Source: Saprolegnia diclina VS20
Taxonomy: Eukaryota
Direction: 5' to 3'
DNA: 55,382 bases
NCBI RefSeq assembly: GCF_000281045.1
Contig: NW_008246090.1
Coordinates: forward strand, 347,704 to 403,085
Positions 47,401-55,382 of the stretch are shown here, piece after piece (position 1 is the first letter of the stretch; each line of letters starts with the position of its first letter). The translations under genes were made by a program, and so were the position numbers. The notes beneath the pieces were generated by a model. It saw nothing but the letters and a program-made list of their open reading frames with translations, searched no databases and had not been told where the DNA came from.

Positions 47401-47535
47401 AGATACCCCGAGTACATTTTGGGCCGCATCGTCTTTATCGACGAGCGCGAGGCGACCGAACGCGACAACCCGTACCGCCTCATCCTTGGCACGACCTTTT
47501 ATGTATTGACCGTCACATGCTTGGTCGACTACTAA
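44478..47535 (+). CDS. ATG11: Autophagy-related protein 11 (ATG11/FIP200-like), multi-exon
   Basis: Ubiquitin-like N-terminus (TGIPTDEQILL...VFVYDR), IPLHPAL, YDACLQEIVRRR, and C-terminal claw domain KIAFRSFSYDDLALFLPT...YILGRIVFI...NPYRL...FYVLTV. Confidence 0.88.
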
Positions 47536-48104
47536 CGCTCCGGCGGTGTGACGTTTTCCATCGATTGGGCTATGAAATGAGACACAATATTGTCGTGTGC
47601 TGCTTGTACGATACCTCACCGCAGGACGTCGCAGCCTGCGACGCTGTGCCTGCCTCTGCAAAGCTACTGCTGGGTGCCTGCCTGTGTAATGCAACTGCCT
47701 ACGGAGCGGGCGACTAGAGTTGTCGGTATGGAGCTGAAGTTGCGCACTAGGTTCTCAAGTTAGAGTCCTTGTCAAAACCGAGAGCGGTCGGCTCCAACGT
47801 GGGATCTGGCTCGTGGGGACGAGGACCGAGGGCAAACGACGATTACTCGGTGCTTCTTGTGAAAGCAAGCAGAGCTACCATTGAGGTACCATGTTCAGCA
47901 CCGTTCTCCCAACTCGATGTTAACTGGTTGAACTGGCTCGTACTACGATTTACCGCCAGAGATCGAGGACAGTACAGTGATACCATGACAATAAGTGCAA
48001 CAACTGGAGCCCGCCACCAGACACAGAGACTACGCGACTCGGTGCAAGATAAAGTTTATGAAAATCTCGTAAATTTGAAAATCACGACGGACTAAGACTA
48101 TATA

Positions 48105-49991
48105 TTACGCTTCGTGTCTATACAAGTATGCCACAATTGGATCCGACCGTCGCAGGGCTGTCACCTTGGTCTTGTCGAGACGCTCAAACGCTGCGTGAAA
48201 GTCTGTGGGCATTGGTGCGCCGACGTGATGCAGGAAGCGCAGCCACGACGTGAGGCACGTCTCGGCCTTGCCCATCGTGTCGTTGTCACTTGGAGGAGGC
48301 TGCCATGACGGGGTTTGCTTCGAAGACGGGATCGTCAAGTAGTCTCTCGCCATGCGGTACAGCCGCGGATACGTCTCGCTTTGGTCGTCCCACCACTCCA
48401 AGAGATCGGCCGCGAGCTTGAGACGGCGCTCGTTGACAAACGACTCGAGCTCGGACGACACGGTGTCTTGACAGTCGGTGAACGACCGCATGAACAGCTC
48501 CGCCATGCGTGGCAAGTTGGTTCGCGACGACGACGCCTCGGTCGGGTACTCGTCGTCCAAGATGGCCTGAATGAAGTCGAGCTCTTTCACGGACTCGGTG
48601 GACCCGCGGGGCGCCTTGGGCAGCCGCACGTCTAAAAACGCGGCAATTCGCGCCGCCTTGGACGCCAGGAGCGACTCGTGCAGGGCGGTCGCCTCGCGCA
48701 TCGCGTTGGCCGCGACGACCATCTCGGGCTCGTCCGACGCCGCGCACTCGACCACGTAGTTGTCCACTGCGTGCTGGCACAGGATGGCGAGCGAAAGCGA
48801 GCTCGGCGCGCGCTCTATGCTCAGCGCAAGGTCCTTCGGGATGTCAAGAAAAGCGCAGAGGGCCTTGGCGCGCGCCCACTCCGAGGCATCGAGCGCGCCG
48901 TCCCATTCGACCGAGTTGCACACCGCGGCAAGGGCGCCCTGGGCCTCGAGCGCGGTCGTGAGCATCGCATGCGTGCTGCGCCAGTGTGCGTCGCTGTCCA
49001 GCCTCGGCACCGTTAGCGGCGCCTCGTGTTCGAGCGCCGACGCGAGCCGGAACGCGTCCCGTTGCTGCTTGGACGCGTGAATTTTCACGAGCATGGACCG
49101 CAGACGGCCAAGGACGTCTTCAAAGTGCGCTAAGACGGCGAGGACTCCGCGATCGAGCGTGTGCGCAAAGCACGGGAGGCAGCACGATGCGAGGAGCGTG
49201 CTCTCGGGCTTGGTGCTCAGCGTCTTGGCCACTGCCATCGAGCTCGAGTCGCACACGACCGCCACGAGTCGGCGCCACACAGCAAACTCGCCAAGCGTCG
49301 AGTAGATGGCATCGGCAATGGCCTCGCTCGCATTGAGAAGGCTCGGGTGGACGTAGAAAAAGTCGAGTGGGACCGACAAGAGCCCGATTGATGCCGGGTC
49401 GGCCCAGTGCAGCGTGAGGCAGTAGTCGCCAGATGACGACGCACTGCTCTCGAGCGTACAGCTGAAGCGCCCTTCGACCGCGGCGAAGTAGTCGATGAGC
49501 ATCATCTTGAGCACAATGTACATCTCGAGCAACCGCTGCTTGACGGTAGAGGCGGTCATGAGCGTGTACGATGGTCGCAGCATTCTCAGACACGCTGCAA
49601 ACCCGGCCGATTCAACGTGACGATGGCCCAAGCCCACGCTCGCAATATACTCGATGACGGCGTTGTCCACTGTGCCGTTGTCCACTGTGGCGTTGTCGAC
49701 GGCGGCGTTGTCGACGACGACGGCCAGCGATGGCTCTGGTGCGTATCGGCGTACCTCGATGCTCGGTCGCTCAACCAGCGGCGACTCGCTCGTCAGCTTG
49801 TGGGCGACTTCGAGGTGTCGTAGGCGCGTGCCAGACGACGTTTTGTGCCCGTACACCGTGTCGGGGCACAGCTTGCACCGGCGCGAGCCGTCGGGGGACA
49901 CTTCAAAGTACTCGTCGTGCCACCGAGGTATCACGCGGCGTCTCTTTAGTGGCGCAGGAGCTTGCTCATTTTCACCAGTTTGGGTCCACAT
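48105..49991 (-). CDS. BED zinc-finger / hAT transposase-derived protein (ZBED-like), catalytic residues degenerate
   Basis: Intronless 628-aa ORF from ATG 49991. BED finger W..YF...CKLC...LRHLEVAH, CFAH motif, and hAT dimerisation domain DLLEWWDDQSETYPRLYRMARDYLTIPSS. Confidence 0.85.
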   Translation of the reverse strand: MWTQTGENEQAPAPLKRRRVIPRWHDEYFEVSPDGSRRCKLCPDTVYGHKTSSGTRLRHLEVAHKLTSESPLVERPSIEVRRYAPEPSLAVVVDNAAVDNATVDNGTVDNAVIEYIASVGLGHRHVESAGFAACLRMLRPSYTLMTASTVKQRLLEMYIVLKMMLIDYFAAVEGRFSCTLESSASSSGDYCLTLHWADPASIGLLSVPLDFFYVHPSLLNASEAIADAIYSTLGEFAVWRRLVAVVCDSSSMAVAKTLSTKPESTLLASCCLPCFAHTLDRGVLAVLAHFEDVLGRLRSMLVKIHASKQQRDAFRLASALEHEAPLTVPRLDSDAHWRSTHAMLTTALEAQGALAAVCNSVEWDGALDASEWARAKALCAFLDIPKDLALSIERAPSSLSLAILCQHAVDNYVVECAASDEPEMVVAANAMREATALHESLLASKAARIAAFLDVRLPKAPRGSTESVKELDFIQAILDDEYPTEASSSRTNLPRMAELFMRSFTDCQDTVSSELESFVNERRLKLAADLLEWWDDQSETYPRLYRMARDYLTIPSSKQTPSWQPPPSDNDTMGKAETCLTSWLRFLHHVGAPMPTDFHAAFERLDKTKVTALRRSDPIVAYLYRHEA

Positions 49992-50488
49992 CTGACGATC
50001 GCCGTCTTGTCTACCGCGTGAAACCGAAAATGAAAAGGCAAAGTGGGAACGGCGCCAGTATCTGATAACGCCACAATCGTGGTCTGGTTCGGCTGTCCGG
50101 TTCCACCCAAAGCGTGCTTCCTTGCGATTGGACAAACCACGATGGAACTAGAACCGACAAGCAAGCCGCACCCACCACTTGAGGAACCGAAGAGCCCAAG
50201 AGGCCAGTCGATAGGACGCCGGCTCCTTTCTTCGCACAACAACGTGGCAGCGTCATGCACAGAGAGGGCATTGTCGCCGACAGGAAGCCTTCCACGCCGC
50301 TATAGAATGCCGTTCGTGGTTAGCGCCCAACGCCGCCCAGAACTACCTGGTACGAGTAGTATCTAAGTACAGTATCAAGGCGAAATTTTGAATCAGGACC
50401 AGAAGAAACTCGGGTGCCCCGTCGTTCTGCAGTACGGGCAAGTACAGACCCCAGCAACTGACACAGTGTTCAAGTCGACAGCGACGTA

Positions 50489-51041
50489 CTGTATGCTTGA
50501 GCAAACCGTAATTTCATGAGAAGAAATAAGGACAGGGGTACCAGAATTTTTCAAATGAATTTAATAACCTAGTGTGTCAACTTGTACGTCGAATGGACAA
50601 TTATGTCTCAAGATATGAGCATTGTATTTTAATGCCGTCGAGCCACTTTCTGGTGTAATTTTTTGAAGCTGGGGCGTTTAAACGCTCATTATTTAAATAA
50701 AGACGAAAGAAAAAATACAGATACACGACTATACAGCCAGCTGGATTTTTACTCGCATTCAAGAATTTGATTACCGATATAAATATGAGAGACATGGAAA
50801 TAAATTCGGAATTATATCAGTCATCGTATTTTTTTCAAGAATCATCACCACTTCAAAAATTGCAGGTGACTTTTCGCGGCATTCGTGTACAAAACAGAAA
50901 ATCGGAAACCGTCAAGCGTTGTATAAAATAATTCCTCGACGTCTGACGGTTTCCGATTTTTGTAATTCGCTCTGTGGGCCGAGAAAAATACATCGCAAGT
51001 TATTTAAATTTTCAGATATTACGGTTTGCTCAAACGTACAG
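50489..51041. mobile_element. Putative Tc1/mariner-type MITE (~553 bp) with TA flanks
   Basis: Left end TA|CTGTATGCTTGAGCAAACCGTAAT and right end ATTACGGTTTGCTCAAACGTACAG|TA are inverted repeats (22/24 identical). The interior is strongly AT-rich and non-coding against a GC-rich background. Confidence 0.7.
50898..50960. repeat. Perfect 17-bp inverted repeat with 29-nt spacer
   Basis: AAAATCGGAAACCGTCA (50898-50914) and TGACGGTTTCCGATTTT (50944-50960). Confidence 0.9.
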
Positions 51042-51867
51042 TACATCGTTCTCAGCTGCCACAAGAAGGCGTTGCTGCTCATGATGCAGCGTGTGCATAA
51101 CCATTTTCCACTGCAAGGCGAACGTAGACCGCGAAGACGATGCGTGATGCCAAGTGCATGTCGGTTTGCTACGCCTCGCCTGCGATGTGCACCACCATAG
51201 GAACAAATGCAACGGCGTCATATCCACCGGGATGGATCCTCTTTGATGCAAGCAAAAGCCTCGTACGCAAACCCTGCTATCGCTGCGTTCTAGTTGACAC
51301 TGTACGAGACCAACGCGAAACCACGTTTCTAGTCATGCTGTCGCGAACGATGCGGCAGAGTCGCCAGGGATGCGCCACGTTGCGCGCGCAGCTAAAAACA
51401 CACAACCTTGCATGTCGCGGCCATGGAGCATGTGGATCGGGCCGGCTCTGCAAGGCAGCAAGAGGTAGTAAGTATCCTACTTGCAGACGTCGTCTGAGGT
51501 CCATGCATCTTGCTTCGTATAAGCTGCCGCGTATACGTCTGGCAGCGTCCATGCCCGTGACGACCCGTGGTTTGGGTCGACATTTAACTGCCTCGCAGCT
51601 CCGAGTACGAGAGCCAAAGATCTTCTACGGTGTTGCCGCTGCTGTCGATGTCTATGCAGTGGTAGTAGCGACGGTCCTTCGCGAGTAAGCTCCATATTGC
51701 TTGACGCACGTGCTGCCACCGAGCTCGTAATCAAGGCACGCCAAGTTGCGTGCGCCAAGTGCTCGTGTCCCAGCGTCCGGAAACCTACGATGCTTATCCG
51801 GTCTTTGTCCACAGCGGTGCAAGTAACATTTTCGAATCCACGCCTCCTGCCCCACATACCCTCTGCC

Positions 51868-52327
51868 ATGGCTGCCCAGAAGCGCTCCGCTGTCGAGAAG
51901 GCCGCCGCCGCGAACGCCGCCGCCGCCGACGCCGAGCGGCCCATTGACCAGTTTGACCGCGAGTTTCAAAAGTACAACAACAAGCACGTACGTCCTGCCT
52001 GCCACCTTGTCGACCACGTGGCTCATGCGAATCTTGTAGAATGCGCTGTCGAGCACCGCGCTCGCGCTCGCGCGCACCGAGCTCTCCAAGAACCGCGCGC
52101 TCTTGTGGCAAGACGACAAGCTCCTCAAGGAGAAGAAGGAAGGCTCGCTGACCAAGGAGCGCCGCGCGTACCTCGAGAAGCGCTGCACCGACCTCGAGAC
52201 GGCGCTCGACAAGTACCACCACGCTGTCGCGTCGTCCAACTACACGCGCGCGGGCCTTTCGTTCGTCGGCCTCCTCCTCTTCCTCGTGCTCATGTACTTT
52301 CTCAACCAAAAGGTCCCGATGTTTTGA
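51868..52327 (+). CDS. Small coiled-coil protein with C-terminal TM (tail-anchor-like), two exons
   Basis: MAAQKRSAVEK...YNNKH, intron GTACGT...TGTAG (~51988-52039), then NALSSTAL...GLSFVGLLLFLVLMYFLNQKVPMF*. Confidence 0.7.
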
Positions 52328-52421
52328 TCGCAAAAACAGTGGAAAAGCCTCGATAGAAGATAGCGCCTTAGGTTTACACAGAATAGAGAATCCAATTGCA
52401 CGACAATATCCAGTCTGACGA

Positions 52422-53608
52422 TTACTGCAGCGCGGGGATCCCCACGCTCACGTTGTGCACGACCACGCCGCGGTCCGAGACACTCGACGGGTTCTGGATG
52501 ACGACCACGTCCGGACGCGGCGCCGTCAGCGGCAATATCTCGTCGCCCGAGAGCACATCGTCGATGCTGAGCCCGCGCATGAGCCGCGCATAGGTGCTAA
52601 AGAGCTGGTACGCATTCCACTGCCCAAAGTCTTCGCTTTGGAATTTGGGCGTCGGGCGCAAGAGGAGTCTACACAGACAATAACTTCCAATATATATATA
52701 TATACAAGTCTACCCGAGGTGCGCCGACGTGCCCAGGATCAAGCTCTCTTCAAGGATGAGAAACACCATCGACGAATCCTCGACGGTGGTCGCCGTCCAC
52801 GCGCCAAACTGCAAATATCAAGATATCAACTGGAAAGTGCAATCTCGTACCACAAGGTAGGCGAGGAAGAAGCAGACGAGGATCTGGCGCAAATGGCGAA
52901 AGAGGTAGTACTTTGGCAGGACACTGTCGGTCGGGAGTCGCTCCTAGCACGCACGAGCCGTGAGCACCTGTACCGAGACGTATCTCGTAGTACTCCGCGC
53001 ATCATGTAGACGACCATGAGCAGGAAATGAAGATTCTGCGACGTGTGCTACACAAGAGTCGGTGGCTTGAAGAGGAGGATGTAGCAACGTACGCGCCAGA
53101 GGTAGAGCAAGACAAGCATATGCAACGTGAGTGCGAGCACGAGCACTTCGGTCGACTCGTTCACGGTGCGCCACCAGCGAAAGATTGCGAGGACGACCGC
53201 ATAAACTGGTTTCAAGGTCAGAGACAGAGAGATATAAGAGAGGCGTACCGCTGAGGCTCACGCTGTGTCGCCAGCCAAGCGACGAGGTCGTGATGCCATA
53301 CCCGACCGCGATCAAGAGCAAACTCAGCATGAAGCTGCCAAAGAAGAGCGCGTGGCACGCATTCGCAATGGTTTGTGGCGCCTCCAAGAGCATCACAAGT
53401 GACTGAACGGCCATGTCGAGGACCGCCGATGCGGCCGTGGCGCCAAGCGCCGTGTGCAGCCCAGTGCAATACTACATGGGGTGATGAGTTCGCAAAGCCA
53501 GTGTCGTACGAGTACCTCCTTGGCGCGGTAGCAGACGACGACCCAGAGACTGAAGAGTGCGAGCCAGAGACTACCATACAGTAGCGGGAGCTCCATCGGG
53601 ACGGGCAT
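52422..53608 (-). CDS. Seven-TM-like protein resembling the GOST (GPR107/TMEM87/GPR180) TM domain, multi-exon
   Basis: Spliced read: MPVPMELPLLYGSLWLALFSLWVVVCYRAKE|YCTGLHTAL...LLLIAVGYGITTSSL...|...PKYYLFRHLRQILVCFFLAYLV|...LEESLIL...|LLLRP. About 6 canonical short introns. LLIAxGYGI and LRP after the last TM resemble GOST-family motifs. Confidence 0.6.
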
Positions 53609-54272
53609 TCTTGCAGAGTAAACGACCGTTGGTTGCCGGATACCGCCGCCCTTTCCAGCGATCTTCGATGGAACGTTGCCGCCGTATCCGGAAACAACCC
53701 TTCAACTTCAACATGGACCAAGTCGTCATGCAACCTTCATAGCGTTCGGACAAGAGAGATCAAGGGGTATTCACGACAGAGCAAGCAAAATGACCTACTA
53801 GAGGATGAATTCTCTAAATTGGCTGGTGCAAATGTCTTGTGGGGCGGCGAGACTCGTCGCATCCCAAACGACTCTGAAACTGGCAGATGATTGCTCGTAC
53901 GGTGGAGGCTGCATAGCTCGCCTCACCAAGAGCCAAAGCATTGTCTAAGCTTGCGGCAATATGTTCCTGATAATGACGCCTTGACCGCGCAGTCTCAACC
54001 GAGCAGCCTCGACGGTCATTGGTGCAACTCGCAGGCTGTGAAGCTTCCCGAAGTTGAGCACCACCGCTTACCATCCAACAGCAGCTATCGTCACCGCCAG
54101 TACGTCCTCCCAACACCCCTCGGCGAGATCATGACCGCGCTGCCCGCGACTACGACGTGTCAGCGCAGAGACTGAAACATTATATGCCGCTGCTGCAGCA
54201 TCTCGCGATTGCCAACCACCAAGAGAACACGATTTCTCTGGCGTCATCTGCGTCATCGATGTCGTCGCCCAG

Positions 54273-54947
54273 NNNNNNNNNNNNNNNNNNNNNNNNNNNN
54301 NNNNNNNNNNNNNNNNNNNNNNNNNNNNNNNNNNNNNNNNNNNNNNNNNNNNNNNNNNNNNNNNNNNNNNNNNNNNNNNNNNNNNNNNNNNNNNNNNNNN
54401 NNNNNNNNNNNNNNNNNNNNNNNNNNNNNNNNNNNNNNNNNNNNNNNNNNNNNNNNNNNNNNNNNNNNNNNNNNNNNNNNNNNNNNNNNNNNNNNNNNNN
54501 NNNNNNNNNNNNNNNNNNNNNNNNNNNNNNNNNNNNNNNNNNNNNNNNNNNNNNNNNNNNNNNNNNNNNNNNNNNNNNNNNNNNNNNNNNNNNNNNNNNN
54601 NNNNNNNNNNNNNNNNNNNNNNNNNNNNNNNNNNNNNNNNNNNNNNNNNNNNNNNNNNNNNNNNNNNNNNNNNNNNNNNNNNNNNNNNNNNNNNNNNNNN
54701 NNNNNNNNNNNNNNNNNNNNNNNNNNNNNNNNNNNNNNNNNNNNNNNNNNNNNNNNNNNNNNNNNNNNNNNNNNNNNNNNNNNNNNNNNNNNNNNNNNNN
54801 NNNNNNNNNNNNNNNNNNNNNNNNNNNNNNNNNNNNNNNNNNNNNNNNNNNNNNNNNNNNNNNNNNNNNNNNNNNNNNNNNNNNNNNNNNNNNNNNNNNN
54901 NNNNNNNNNNNNNNNNNNNNNNNNNNNNNNNNNNNNNNNNNNNNNNN
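54273..54947. other. Assembly gap (675 N)
   Basis: Run of N bases. Confidence 1.
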
Positions 54948-55136
54948 CCAAGCCAACGAATCGTCTGGTCCATCGACTTGGTATTCCACGATCCTCGTGC
55001 TGCACACAAGGCGCATCGGCCATCGCCGCTTGGATTCATACTGTTGAACAAAGTTAATCCATCGAAAATGCAATGAAAATGCAATGAAAATTAAATCAAA
55101 TGCTTGTTATTTCAAGGAGGTACGACTCCTCGACGC

Positions 55137-55382
55137 CTAGTAAAGAAGCGTGATCGCAGCTTCGATGCTGAGACCGAGCGACGCGAAGAGACCGAGGTAG
55201 CCAAAGCCGCCGTGCATGCGCTTGGACGGGTCACCCGTCGCGTAGCCCTGGACGTACACGATGAAGCCGAGGACGCGGATAAGACCCGCGATCGCCGCGT
55301 AGCCCGGGCGGTAGATGCTGGAGGTGACCAGGAGCGCAAAGAAGACGGGGAGGTTCTCGAGCACATTCTGGTGCGCACGCTG
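55137..55382 (-). CDS. MAPEG family microsomal glutathione S-transferase (MGST3-like), 3' part; gene extends beyond the window
   Basis: QRAHQNVLENLPVF, YVQGYATGDPSKRMHGGFGY. Confidence 0.88.
   Translation of the reverse strand, partial: QRAHQNVLENLPVFFALLVTSSIYRPGYAAIAGLIRVLGFIVYVQGYATGDPSKRMHGGFGYLGLFASLGLSIEAAITLLY

Noticed and set aside
47700..50400. Complete autonomous hAT transposon around the BED-hAT ORF
   Set aside because: No matching TIR pair or 8-bp TSD was found by eye. The nearby TIR element has TA flanks and does not enclose the ORF.
54068..55084. Long ORFs spanning 54-55 kb
   Set aside because: They stay open only because of the 675-N gap.
55064..55091. GAAAATGCAAT x2.5 tandem repeat
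   Set aside because: Trivial 11-bp slippage repeat in the MAPEG 3' flank.
218..55382. Functional glutathione cluster (PCS-like plus MAPEG GST) or trafficking cluster (CHMP2, golgin, V-ATPase, ATG11)
   Set aside because: The genes are far apart and interspersed with unrelated housekeeping genes, with no evidence of a co-regulated cluster.

Overview
Gene-dense, GC-rich eukaryotic genomic DNA. The very short (~40-55 nt) GT-AG introns, often starting GTAC, and the gene content point to an oomycete, probably Saprolegniales (inference). About 28 protein-coding genes can be supported. Recognisable housekeeping genes: ESCRT-III CHMP2/Vps2, SLC25A38-like carrier, choline/ethanolamine phosphotransferase, tetraspanin, golgin-84, TFIIF-alpha, GINS Psf3, RBM19/Mrd1, V-ATPase C, peroxisomal Lon, WDR61/Ski8, ARPC5, ATG11 and a partial MAPEG GST. 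Less ordinary items: a membrane-anchored catalytic-domain-only phytochelatin synthase-like protein, a degenerate TTL/ATP-grasp-like protein, a RUN-(pseudo)RhoGAP-ELMO fusion, an orphan with motifs reminiscent of Leptospira Lsa23-type proteins, a 1750-aa intronless internally duplicated membrane protein, a secreted GH5-ricin glucanase, and an intact but apparently catalytically dead BED-hAT transposase gene next to a ~550-bp TA-flanked MITE. There are also two exact tandem duplications inside genes, a 27-bp promoter minisatellite and a 675-N assembly gap. I found no tRNA, rRNA or CRISPR array. Multi-exon genes are given as outer spans, with exon junctions inferred by eye. All family assignments come from motif recognition, not database searches.
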